From: Selaginella moellendorffii
Lineage: Eukaryota > Plantae > Lycopodiophyta
Direction of reading: 5' to 3'
NCBI RefSeq assembly: GCF_000143415.4
Contig: NW_003314352.1
Location: 550,278-614,277, forward strand
DNA length: 64,000 nucleotides
Positions 1 to 12,598 of this stretch are shown one piece after another. The position numbers were made by a program, and so were the translations under genes. The notes below the pieces were generated by a model. That model saw nothing but the letters and a program-made list of their open reading frames with translations. It was not told where the DNA came from and did no database searches. Numbering within the stretch: position 1 is the stretch's first letter; the number at the start of each line of letters is the position of its first letter.

Positions 1-1934
1 GTGCCTTTGTTAGTTAGCAACTGTATTGACATTCAAACAAGTTGAGTGGCAAGTTGAGTTAGTTGTGTTCCAAACGAAATTGCTTAATTGAGGTTGAGTT
101 TTGAGTTTTTCCTTGAAAAATGATTTAGTCGTGCATTATGCTAGCCTTACGAGTGAAAGAGTTAGTGATTGATATTGAAGTGATTGAATATTTATTGGAT
201 TTGAGTTGGGATATATCGATCATTGATGATTTTTTTTGTGCTTGTTATAAAGTGAGTTACGTTTTACTATAGATGAATTCATGGAGGATTGTTTAGTGAT
301 CACTTGTTGAGCATAACTTTGTTATGCTCCACTTTTGGATTGATGCAAATATGCTCTTCATTATATTTGGCATTATGAAGTTTGGCTATAGATATGTTGA
401 GGGGGATATTGTGGGTTGCACCATGATTTTTTCTTTAGCATTGAAGTTGATTCATGTGCAACTTGTGATCATTGCTAGGCAAAACTTAGCTATAGACTTT
501 TTTGAGTTTTTGGTTCCTTGAGTTTTCATGCTTGTGGTCCATTTGTTTGAAGTGGCTGGGGAAGGCATTTTGGCTCATAGCTTCGATGTTGTAGTTAGTA
601 TTTGCATTTAGCAATTGTTGATGATGATTAACTATCATCTAGGATAGTTGATTATCCTTGTCAAAAGGTTTTGCTTGATTGTTGTTGATATAGAATAGTT
701 CGCTATTCTTCGAGATGGTAGATTCTTTCTTTGACAATCATTATGTATCTCTTTATTGATGGGATGATTAATAGTCTTATATGATAGTTAGTGGTTCTCC
801 TTGGTAGCTTTTGGCTTTTCACATTATCACATGTTCTTTGTGGTTTGCTCTAAATTGGTCTCTTAGGTTCAAGACATTAGTAGGATGTTGTTGACACTTA
901 CTTGAGCAACTCTGTTTCCTTGGTATTGTTAACTGGGATCTATTCAAATTGGCTAATGCGATAGTTGGCATAAATGAGTGTTTGTTGATCTTACTACATT
1001 CATTTTGTTTTGTTGATTATTACTTAAGTTAATTCTGATAGATTGGGATGTTATTTCCTTTGGGTGATACATTCGCGACCATTTTGCTTGTCATTCAATG
1101 ATACTTTGTGTTTATTTGGTTCTTTTTGGTAAGTTGTTTAGCATACTATTGACAATCTTTGGTAGTTAAGTTTTATTATTGAGTTTCCTTGATAATACAT
1201 TGGCTATTGAATTTTGTTGGATGGTGAATTTTATATTTCCAAAAACATGATGATCTTGGTGGTTCATATACTGTAATACTAGTTTATCAGATGATAACTT
1301 ACTTGGAATACTTTTGTGTTCTAATTTAAGATTTAATCACTAATAATTAAGTCTCTAAAATATCATTGTCTATGATTTTGATATTGTCCATCTATTGATC
1401 TTTGAGTTTGGGCCAGTATAGGCAAACTAGCTTCAACACTTCATGTGCATGGTGAAATCTTTAGTCATGGGGTAGCTACTATCGACTGGTCACATCACCT
1501 GCCTCTCTGTTGATGTTCCTTATTCTGTTAAAAGAGCATGACCGTGTAAACAACATTAACTGCCTATTTATAATAGTCTATTTAAACTTTACCGATAGGT
1601 TTGGTTTCTTTGCTCAAGAGGGTTGGGGCCTCTGATTTCTCTATCTATATCCCTGTGTGTAGAGGTGTATCACACTTTTGTAAGCTGGGTGACACCTAGA
1701 GTAGCAAGGGTGGCTAACACCGTTAGTCATTTTTTTGTTGGTGATGGCCAGAAGGTGTCTAAGCTGGTAGTGCATCCGCGTTTAACAAAGAGGTTGCCTT
1801 CTAACTCATTTAAGTTGGTGCATTTCTCTTATAGTATGAATACCGTGAACTTTTTCTGGAGTTTCTTCCTTAGCGGTATTCTAGACTGGAGTATGCATCG
1901 ACGAAGACGTTAATTTTCCCTAAAGAGGGGAAAG
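1..1934 (+). mobile_element. Heavily decayed Ty3/gypsy-like LTR retrotransposon internal region ending in a polypurine tract
   Basis: The sequence is T/G-skewed and riddled with stops, with a faint RT-like remnant near 195-225. A purine tract AAAGAGGGGAAAG (1922-1934) is immediately followed by TGTCACG (1935), the usual PPT/3'LTR junction. Confidence 0.55.
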
Positions 1935-2379
1935 TGTCACGAATGTGACTTCGGGTATCGAAAGTTATCTGTCGGCTAGTCTTTTTGGATATTTTTTTCT
2001 TATTGCCACAACAGCAGAAGGTTAGTATTGCTAGACCCGTTATTAGTTCCTACATGGGCTAATTGAGAAATTGGTCAATGACCGTGCATTTAAATCGGAT
2101 GAACATAAGGTAGGAACCCTATGTGTTTCTTGTTGAGCATACTTGGCCTGGTTTGAGAAACTCCTGTCATTGGCTTGCACTTGCTAGTATCAAGAACCCC
2201 TGAGATATTAAAATTAATCCCTCAATATTCACTACATGATAGCTTACCGTGTGTGCCAAACAACCTCGTTATCATGCCCTTTGTATTAGTTGCATTTCAG
2301 TCCCAAATCCTATTTATGGAAAGTGTCTAGATTTGCTCATTTGTCATATCTACAGTATAAAGATTGACTTGCACAGTGG

Positions 2380-2944
2380 AGTACAAAATGGATGACTTGG
2401 TGTTGGTCCATTTTCCCCATCTTACGGTACGTGGTTTATCTAAAGGACTCTTTGCTTAGTGGAAAGGACCGTATCAAGTGTTGCGGCAAATGGGACCACA
2501 AGTTTATGAGGTTCAGCATGATGTCCAGCAGATCAATCCTCTAGAGATTGTGCATATGCAATGGTTGAAATGCTTCATACAAAGGGATCAGGAGCAATTA
2601 ATACCACCTACAGATCCACCAATGCCTCCTCCTGATGTTCCTCCAGATCCTAGCCCATCTATAAGAGAACTCTGATGGTCTTCCATTATTCCGAGAGGAG
2701 GGGATGATGTGAGGGCCAAGTGTACGGCTACGATGCCGTATACTAATATTAGTGTAGTGGGATTTTAGTAACTGTTAGATTAGTTTCAATCTGGACCTAT
2801 ATAAGCTAGGGTTTTTGGGCTAATTGATATGCACATTTTCTGTATTTCCTTTCCATATTCCAAGCACTCAAAAGCCTTAATTTTTGAAACTTTATAATAT
2901 TTATATTAAGCTTGTAAACTCAAAAATGGTCTACACTCATCACA
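2380..2944 (+). mobile_element. Ty3/gypsy 3' end: integrase GPY/F remnant, PPT and 3' LTR (about 2708-2944)
   Basis: Translation gives LSKGLFA*WKGPYQVLRQMGPQVYEV...IVHMQWLKCF (GPY/F motif). A PPT GAGAGGAGGGGATGA precedes an LTR that starts TGTGAG (2708), contains TATATAAG and ends CATCACA (2944). Confidence 0.7.
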
Positions 2945-3512
2945 GACATTTAATGTATGCATTTAATCTTCCAGAGGTTATATGGAAAATTTGTTCAAAG
3001 TTGGAACTTTAGTTGAATCCAAAGCCTTGGTTCATGCAGCCTGATTTCCTAGATTGCTTGTCCAGCTTGCAACGAGGGTTTCTTTTATAGGATGAATCAT
3101 ACAGATGTAGTTGAACTGGACATAAGTTTTTCCTGCATCTAAGTAGAACCTGCATCCGGCTGCAACCAATGCTGTGAGCAATTTTCCTATCCCATGATTC
3201 CCATCTCTAAAATCAGAATCATTGTTCAACATGGAAGAGAAGCACAAAGTTTGACTGGATGACTTTGATCCTTTGTTTGAGTCGAAACTGACGCGTATCC
3301 TGGATGTTTCCATAGCTTAACAATGTTGGTCTCACTCTCAGTTTCATGATCGAGAGAGTTTAGCACATAAATACAAGAGCATCATTCCATCTGAGCCAGC
3401 ATGCCGTCAGACTAGTCGTTGTTGAACATTTGTTATATAGAAGTCCAGATCATGGGTCACAAAGTCGTGATGGAAGTCTAATAAGCACAAAATTTCAGGC
3501 CTACATATCCAT

Positions 3513-4460
3513 ATGAGAAAGAACAAACCTTGCATCGTCTGGAGAAGAGCCATGTTGTGGCTCGCGATATTGCTCACATTTGCGACCGTTGGTGGTGGGA
3601 ATGACTCCACGATCCTCCTCCGCTTGAGAGAACATATGGCAGGTAATGCTTGGGATTCAAGCACAAGCAGCATCTGTGAATGGGAAGGCATTGCTTGTTC
3701 TAACCAGGGGCGGGTAGTTGGACTTCATTTACGGAATCTGGCATCGTTCCCGAGCTCTCTTCTGGCATCTGCTATCCAAGGACTGCTGGAGTTGAAAAAG
3801 TTGATCATTTCCAACACCAACTTCACGGGTTCTGTTGAGGATCTGTCGCTCCAAACATGCGCTTTGAACATGCTCGACTTGTCCGGTAACAGATTGGAAG
3901 GAGGCGTCCTGTTGCAGCTTCTTGCTGACTGCTGAGGCATGAAATCGCTGAATCTGTCCAACAATATGCTCAGTGGTGCCTTGCCACCGTCATTCTTTTC
4001 TCTATCATGCAGCTTGCAGCATCTGGATGTCTCCAAGAATTGGCTAACCGGCAGTGTCTGTAGAGCTTGTTCTTTCAGAACAACTCCTGACCGGTGGAAT
4101 CCCTGAGTCCCTCGGGGACCTCAGCAATTTGCTCTACATGGACCTCTCACAAAATGCCTTGCAGGGAATCATACTGGCTTCCCTCTCCCACCTCAACATT
4201 GGCCTATTCAACGTTTCTCACAACAATCTCTCAGGTTCGATTCCACAGACTGGCAAACTGACGACGTTCCCGGCCAGCAGCTATGCCAGGAATCCATACC
4301 TCTGCGGCTTACCTCTCATCACTGTGCAATGCAGCCCTAACCCCACCGAATGATGATCGCCGCGAGCAGCAGCAACACAATGCTGGCGATGGTGATGGAC
4401 TGCTCCCCTTGAGCATCGCCATGGGTGTCATCAGCTTCATCACATTTGGCATCTGAGAAA
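3513..4460 (+). pseudogene. LRR receptor-like protein pseudogene
   Basis: It has a signal peptide, an LRRNT cap (CEWEGIAC) and plant LRRs. An in-frame TGA at 3933-3935 is followed by further LRRs (MKSLNLSNNMLSGALP), then a frameshift near 4055 into the C-terminal FNVSHNNLSGSIP...FPASSYARNPYLCG. Confidence 0.85.
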
Positions 4461-5459
4461 ACCGCGCCATATGCAGTCTGGAGTACCTCTTGTATTATTA
4501 CGTGCTGCCTTGATACGAACATGAAATTAAATATAAAAATCTTGGATTATTATTATTTGTATCTGGGCGATATATTAATCATGGATGTTGTAGATGTCAT
4601 AAGTTTCATATTGTTTTTGGTGTTCCTAATGAAATTTAGTTCACATTCAATAGAAAGCCTCTCTAGGATTCCAAAGTATTTTAGAGATTGCATCCCTTTA
4701 ACCAAAGTCACTAAAAGAACTCCATCCACATCTTTGTTTATACTGTGTTGTAAACTAAAATTAAATGAAAAGAACAAAAGAAATCAAATGGATGCTAGAC
4801 TTACTTCATCTTCCATGGGAAAGTCTTGGAATGTCAATTCCTAATATGGACAAGGTGAGGGCTTCTGTAGCTGTTTTATTTGTTGTAACCACCTAATGCT
4901 TCTGCTTTTGGAATCCACGAGCACTATATCATTATTCCATAGTTCCGCTCTCTCCAATCCTCTAAATGCCAAGGTTTCTCCAATAACCCTTCAATTTCCC
5001 TTGCTAGATACTTTTGAAAAAGAAAAGACTAACATATTCAACAAGCTCACCAAGGATGAAGTCTTCATACTCAAATTTGTTGGTCAATGCACAGCTACAA
5101 GGACTGCAAGTGCAAGTAGCATCTAAAGAAAGATCACTCATCTAGTGTTTCATTTATGTCTTTCAATTTCCATGTTCTATCATCTAGCTCCTCTAGAAAT
5201 AGACAACATTGGTGTTTACAATATATGGTTTTAAAAGAGTGATTTTAATATTCTAAGACATAAGTATGTTTTTTATTTTTTATTTTTATTTTTAAAAAGA
5301 ATAAAAAAATAGAAAATGCACATTTAAAGTGCTTAGGATATAAAAATAAGTATATTAATTGGTTTAAACCCTTACTTATATACATGAATAGATGGACTAA
5401 ATTCAATCTTATATAGACAATCCACATGTTATATTATGTATGTTAGGCAAAAAAGTTTT

Positions 5460-6620
5460 GGAATCCTTGAAGAGATGGGTAACACTTTCTTACTCATGTA
5501 ATAAATAGCTAAAGCTAAACAAAACTAAATAAGAGTGGGCTTTGACAAAAAAAATTTAGCTATAGTTAAAAAAAGAGTTGTTAAATAAATGAGGTAAGTT
5601 AGCAAATTAGAAAAAGAAATTTTATGGCTTACAATATCTTGTATATTTAGTATGAGAGTTAATCTCATAAAAATCCAAGTTGTAACTGATTGGCTTGTTT
5701 CTTTGGTATAATTGGAGTTTTTTCACAATTTATAAAGCACTTTTTAGAAATAGTTATTCCCTTGGCCATCTTCTTTATAACATATTAAAGCATGCTACTA
5801 TTTGTTTGTTGAGATGAAAAGTGTCAAAATGGTGTTTCAACAATTAAAGCAATGTTAAGTCATTATCTAAGAGCTCTAATTTCTCTAGTCTTAACTTTGA
5901 TGGAAACTCTCATAGTCAAGTTCTTGATGGACAGGTTAAGCAATTATAACATTGAGCTAAACTATGGAACTCCAATTACTACTAAAGATTTCTCATTAAA
6001 ATCCAAGCTTTACAGGCTCTCAAAGACAAAGAGGTTTTTTAGGACCTCTTGCAAAAAATTAGAGCTCAAATTGAGTAGCTTGAGCTACATGTTCTTGCAA
6101 TCAACCACCTCCAGAGTGAGGAGATGGTCCAAGTGGCTAGTGATGGAAGGTAGTCATTCTAAAGAGATTAAACATGGATAGATTGATGGTATTCATTTGG
6201 TTATTTGAGCTCCACTCCACACTCAGCTATGCTCTTGGAATGGTGGTCTTGGATTAGTGGTATTGTGATACACTTTGATATCAAGCTTAACACAGAGAAT
6301 AATGTTGAAGATTTTAAATCTTAAAAAGCCTTTTATTGTTGAGATAGATAAAAGTGACGTTGTATTGCTTGAAGTTGGGCACCTCTGACATTTACAAGTT
6401 ATAAGTTTGATATTATACAGTAAAACTAGCTTACTTAAGACAAAAAGTTCTATGTTATAAACATTGGTGTGAAAGAATGACATTATCCATATAGATTGGA
6501 CTTCCATGTGGATTTAAACCATTAAATGTTTATTAAGATCCAATACAAGCATAGTGATAATAAGGTGGCTGATGTATTATGTAGGATTATAAATTCTATC
6601 TAATTCATGGCAATCTCTTA
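5460..6620 (+). mobile_element. Decayed gypsy RT/RNase H remnant
   Basis: NKVADVLCR at about 6560-6586 matches the RNase H C-terminal N(V)VADALSR motif. The region is AT-rich with many stops. Confidence 0.55.
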
Positions 6621-6760
6621 AATAAACTTAAAGAGTTTGTTAATTTCAACTCCTTTATCATTAATGTTTATGCTAAAGTTTTGTGAAGGGATACCCCTAT
6701 AGATTTGAGGGGTGATAAATTTGTGTTATTCAATATACTATATCATTTGCTTGTGGGCAG

Positions 6761-6930
6761 GGTTAAGCACACAGCATTCCCAGAAAAGCTTGAGGAAAGC
6801 AACGAGGTTTGTACTCACACCTTACCTCTTGTATACTGAGTTTGCATTGTATTTCAGGTTTCCTCTGGATAAAGCGGCACGGATTGCTGTAGAAAGCATA
6901 CAAAGGGCACTCAAATGTGCTAAAGTGTAT
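6761..6930 (+). pseudogene. Two exon-like fragments of a macrodomain C-terminus
   Basis: AG/GT-bounded segments encode VKHTAFP and FPLDKAARIAVESIQRAL, resembling the macrodomain IAFPAISxGxYG-YPxxxAAxIA segment. The two exons are out of phase by 1 nt. Confidence 0.55.
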
Positions 6931-8746
6931 GTTCAAGCAAGGTCATACAATGGCCCATTCACTAGCCTCCTGCTCTTGCTGTCCCGCTCCTCTACTGCCA
7001 CTATACACTGCACCTTCTTGTTGCCCTGGTCAGTGGTGTAGCTCACCATAGTTTTCTCTTGAATGGCAAATTAAGAAATAATTTCTTCCATTCAACACAA
7101 GCACTAGATACTTGGAAGCAATTGAACCCCAAGGATTAGTGCTGAAGCTCTGCATGTGGCCTGTATAGTTTCAAAAGGGCACTTGTGAAGGCTTTGTTAT
7201 ACACTTCTTTGGGGGTGAATGAAAAGTGAGGTCTGTTGCTCCAACAAGATATATAGCCATCATAATCATCAAAAGCAAGGAGGTCTGTTGCAGCTACCTA
7301 GGCTCTCTAAAGTGGACCTACAATTTCAAACACGAATAACAAACACATGTCTAATTCAGGGCAGCTTACCTTGCTGTCGGCTTGAAATGAATCTTACGGC
7401 CATGTCTTAGAATATTCTTAGAATATTATTGTGGTGAGTACAGGGCTAGAGAAAAGATTTGCAAATAACAACACTAACATTGTGATAAACAGCCACAAAG
7501 GAAAGAAAATAATATGGCTTTTTTACATGATACTACATAAACAAGAGAATGAAAATAAAATAACAGTATAACAATATAGTTATAGAACTTCTTCTTTAGG
7601 AATGTTGCCCAATTATAATTAAAACTTGGAAATACTTTTTTTAAGTCATTTACAAACTTCACATATAGCCTTTGCTATAAGCCATTCCACTAAACTAACA
7701 ACTCCTTAGCTATTTTATAGTGTATCTTCACCAACTTTATAGGTTGGACTAACTTCTTTAACATCAATTTTTAAGAATAACATTGCTAAAGTGCACACAC
7801 TTTAATCTTCCATGTGGAATGTTGAATGGATTTTAAATTAGAATGTTGGATAATCTTCAAATACCATAAAAATAACTTAGTATTACCACCTCCTTTCAAA
7901 GACCATTATGTATTAGATAGCTTAAGGAAAAACTTGTCACTAACTTTGTACTCCAATGATAATAATGCTCACCATCCAACCTTTTGTCTCATTCTTGAAT
8001 TTACCTTATGTTCAACTTTGCTAACTCAAGCTTATTTTATATATCCTTGAAGAAATTATAAGTAAACTGCATTCAAACATAAGTCAAACTCAAACCTATG
8101 GTAGACATACAATGCTATAAATGAAGATATATCAATAGCTAATTTTTTAGAATTATTATGACAAATAAGTACTTTTTCCCATATCAAGTTTCCTACAAAA
8201 AAAACCCTCAACATATCTTCTAATAGCTAATTCATGCACTTTATTTACTCATTTAATTATGGATGCTCACCACTACTAATGCTTAGTGTAGTCTCTAGCT
8301 TTTTAAACACTACTTGCCAAAACTTTGATATGAATTTAAGATATCATTCACTCACAATGTCACTCATCAAACCATAAATACTGAACAACTAATGTACATA
8401 AGTTCAAAAACTTTAATTGTTGTTTTCACCAAGAAGAAGTGAGCCAATCTTTATCAAATGATCCATAGCAACCCAAATAACATCATTTCTTCAAAAAGTC
8501 TTGAGCAAACCAATGATAAAACTCATCAAAATTTTATCTGAATTATTCAGATAACAAACTAGATAACAAACTTTGAATGATCAACTTTGACTGCTTGGTA
8601 AGTCAAACAACTGTATATTTACCTCTAAGCATCTAACTTTATCCCAAGCTAGAAAAAATGCCTTTTCATTAACACATATGTCTTTAGTACCCCTAAATGC
8701 CACTACTTATAGCAAAAGCACAATGTATTAAATTTGCTACTCATAC

Positions 8747-10323
8747 CTGTAAGTGAGACCAAGATGCTTGGCAGCTTCCATCTCCCTGACTTTGGAGTAT
8801 TTTGGGCCTTGAGTAATAATGCTGGCAGTCTTGCTGAAGGGCTGAGAAACAAGTTAGTTAAAAGGTAAAAAGATGAAATAAGGAAAGACAGTTACATGAT
8901 ATCCAACAGTAAAGGAACCATTAGCAAAACATATTTCTGAAAAGACAAAAGCTCAAGTCAAATGCCAAACACCCTTTGCTTTACCTCTGTGTATCTGACC
9001 TCTAACAGAATTACAATAGCATCATTCTTTCCGTCCACAAACCACTCTCCTATGTTCCCACATTTAATCACAAACTTGCAAGAGTTGACTTTATAAACAA
9101 GCTTGAGGTCCTTTTCCTGATAAAAAAATCTCAAACAACAAAGAAAAAGAGAGGTGAATTTGAAGCGCTATTACCTTGAAGTCCATCACCCTTATGCAGG
9201 GTTCCCTGGGACGTGCGGGCTTGCAAGACGTAACGGGTTTGGGTACTTGAGGGTTCCCATTGACTAAAAACGGTACTATGGTTATATAGCTGCAAATAGA
9301 TTATGGATGTACGGTGGGGGTGCAAACCATGCATTTCTTTGTCTTCAGACTCAAATATATGTTGATTTCCTCTTTGTCCCCTGTGGCGCTGTATAGCTGT
9401 CCACTCACCTCTTGAGTCACTCCATTGGCCACTTTCTGTCGCAGCAGCTCTCCAACAGGAACTACTGCGAATGTCCTGCATTCAACAGTCCCTGTACCGG
9501 CAATCTGGCGGCATGCTTCCTCGAGGCCCTGTACTAGTTCGCACATTACAAGCTCGTCTTTTGTGGATTAGAAGTAGTGCGTCAATCCGAGAGGTGAAAA
9601 CGCTTGTAAAATCGCTATCCATGTGACACTCTAGGTGATTTGACGCAACAATAAGATAGGTGTCTGCTGTAGTCAGCCGCTCCTGTGTGCACAAACTTTC
9701 AGAATATGTGGTAATAAAAAGGTTGACTGCTACTTTGCAGGGGGCTAGCATTTTTGAGACGGTAAAGAGAACTTAGACGGCTCAGCATCTCGTCCTTCCC
9801 ACTTCGACACAGCGTCACCGACGCAAGGGCCTCGCCAAACACATACACATGTGCGTCTCCAAGCACCACCTTCAAGGACATGTTTTGTGCACACCAATCC
9901 TATACTGAACACCAAACATTAACAGCAATCAAGAAGATGGATGGACACATATCCAGCAATCTGATGTTCCCACCTCAGCCCGCAGCTGCAAAAGAACCAC
10001 CGACATGTAAAAAACACCCTGTGTAACATATACTCACTTTGTGAATGCGAGCTCCAGAGCTTGTGGCGTACCGCACGTTGACAGGAGATGCTCGAATGTG
10101 ACCCATGAGTCGAGATCGGCATAACTTGAGAAGTTCAAGTTGTACGGAATAGAGGTGGTAATCTGTTACCTGCAGAAGAGATGCATGGAAAAACTCGCTC
10201 CTGCACTTTCTCTAGCTCCGCCAAGCACAGCGCATGTCCAGTCCTACCCTCGGGCGGCTCGACCAAAACTGCCTCTTGGCGCCTTTTATCAATCACCATT
10301 ACTGCAGTGATTTGTTGAATCAA
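8747..10323 (-). pseudogene. Frameshifted gene: unknown N-terminal region joined to a divergent macrodomain
   Basis: Exon 9116-8985 reads EKDLKLVYKVNSCKFVIKCGNIGEWFVDGKNDAIV, matching the plant macrodomain start KGDITKWxVDxxxDAIV. Exon ~8842-8747 contains IITQGPKY, matching IHTVGPIY. Upstream minus-strand ORFs 9881-9699, 9751-9482, 9546-9301 and 9481-9131 chain through frameshifts. Confidence 0.6.
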
Positions 10324-11054
10324 GCTTTAGAACTGTGTTCGCCATCAGCAACAAAGCCTAGATGACAGACAGCTTGTGGCCATTTTGGCTTGAAGAGTTT
10401 GTAAAATCATTACCAAGTGACCAAAATTGCCATGGACACAGCGAGAATGTTAGGCATGGATGTGATATTGCCACATGCAGCCATTGGACGTTGCATGATT
10501 CGACCCCTACAAGTGTTACTTCAAGCAAGGTGTGGATGAAACTCTTGGACATCTTGGACACACAGTCAATCTCACACAATTATCCAGTAGAGCCATGGCT
10601 ATGGCTTTGACAGCTGCAAACATCTAGTAGGTTTGAATGTCATGGACACTCACCTTGGTCGAAGTACACTCCACGCAGCATGTTTCGACAACTTTGAACA
10701 AGACTTTAAGGCTCCGGAGCTAGGAGCCCAAGACACTGGTAGCCACCTCAATCATGAACTAGAACCTAAGCTCTCATGCAGCCTGAGCAGCATAAGGATC
10801 CAGTGCAGCTCGAGCACAGCACGAGATCCATCCAGCAACCGAGCAGCCACTGCCGGATGAGGTGACTAACCTGGTTTCACCACACTTCGTACCGGGCAAG
10901 ATCGGTACTTATTTTGCATTCACTTCTGGCCTTGTTGTATAGAGAGACCTTATGAACTTTCTGAACAAAACTAATTTAGATCTAGCAGGAATTTTTGAAA
11001 TCCGATCAAGTTAGCCTTTTGATGCTTCTAAGTAATATTCCTTCTTACCATCTT

Positions 11055-12556
11055 CTAAAGTTGATTATTGTACCGACTTATGATCGAGATACACTGCGTG
11101 CGGTAGGAGCTCCCAAAGAGATTGTAATGGTTCAAGTAGTGGTAGAGCTTGTAGAGATGGAGCCGGTCTTCAAATCCCTTCTGCTTTGGCATCTCCTGGA
11201 AAAGAAAAGAACGAGACTGTTTAACACGCTTTCTCCTCAGCAACGATGAAGGGAATGACGACTTTTTACTTTGAAGTATGCATCGTAGAAGCTTGAGTTG
11301 AAACTCGCACACCACGACATTCCAAATTCCGCCTCGTTGTGACCATCTGGGAAGAAAAATTGAAAACTTTGAGAGGACGACGAGGATCTTACAGTAGCAA
11401 GCTGGATCGAGAATGACAGGCTTGCCATCCTTGTCGTAAGCCATGTTGCCACTCCAGAGATCTCCGTGAAGCAAGCACGGTTGCACGTCCTTCAAGTCTC
11501 TGAGAAGATATGGGATCTTCTCCAGCAGTTTTTTGCCTGGAAGACAAAATGGCGCTTCAGCACTCTACTTCACGTGGAAGAACCTTTCTCGTAGATTTGT
11601 TGGTCGCTGTAATTCGTCAAGAGTAGTTCCAGCTGGTGACCAATGCGGTGATCACGGAAGAACGTGATCCAGTCGGGTGTCCATGGATTCGGCTGCGGTG
11701 TGCTGATCACAGCAAAAACACAATGACAAAACACGAACTCCAAAAGCACTTGCCTGCCAATGGTGTTATCCATCTCAAATCCAAATCCCCTGTCAGAAAT
11801 CCCAGCCTTGTGCATTTTCCCAAGCATCCTCCCCAGCTCCCTCTGGAAAACTGAAAGTGTTTAAACAAAACAACTCTTCATCACCATGCACTGCTTTCTC
11901 ACCTGGCCATGAAGTGTCGATCCGCCAAACTCGATGTATTCCATGATGATGAAAGAGCCTCCTCGGGGCAAACTCCCTGCCTAGAAAAGAAAAAAAAAAG
12001 GTAGAAGCAAAGAAACAAGACAACTCTATGAAACAAAGTTGGAGAAAGAAGAAAGAAAATGTGAGACCTTTAGAGGCTTTGGCACGCGTACAGTGTTCGT
12101 CCGGTACATGGCATCCAGGCCAGCGGCCTCGGCCTCAAACATGGAAGAATCGATTCCTCTGTAGAAACAATCCATCCATCCATCCCGGTAAGAAACCATA
12201 GCTCTCAAGAGAAAAGAAAATAAGAGAATTCCGCGCCTGTTCGTTTTCACGAAGAAAGAGCCAGCGTCCGTGTCGTAGCGATTGGCAGCATTGATGCATC
12301 CGCCTCCCACAGGCGTAATCCTGGTGATCTTGGTGGCGCCGCCATCTCCAAGGATCCAATGCCGGATGGGATCGCCATCGCCATCGCCGCCGCTAGCCAC
12401 TGGGATCACCAATCAAGAGAGTGATTGACACCACCCAAATCGCAACGACTCACTGCTAGCAGAGGCCAAATGCCGCTGGGACGTCGATCTGGGCGCTGCG
12501 AATGGCGATGGCGATGGCGAGGGCGAGAAGAACCTTACTCCACATGAAAATGCCAT
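11055..12556 (-). CDS. FN3KRP: Fructosamine-3-kinase-related protein (protein-ribulosamine 3-kinase), probably plastid-targeted, multi-exon
   Basis: Motifs are VGGGCIN, FFVKTNR, MFEAEAAGL, FGFEMDNTIG, TPQPNPW, LLHGDLWSGN, DPACY|GHNEAEF and LYHYLNHYNLFG. Introns are short GT-AG, and the first exon (from ATG 12556) is Ser/Pro-rich like a transit peptide. Confidence 0.93.
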
Positions 12557-12598
12557 GAAACTTAGGGCATTCTCATCCGGCCCGGATGACGATCGGCT

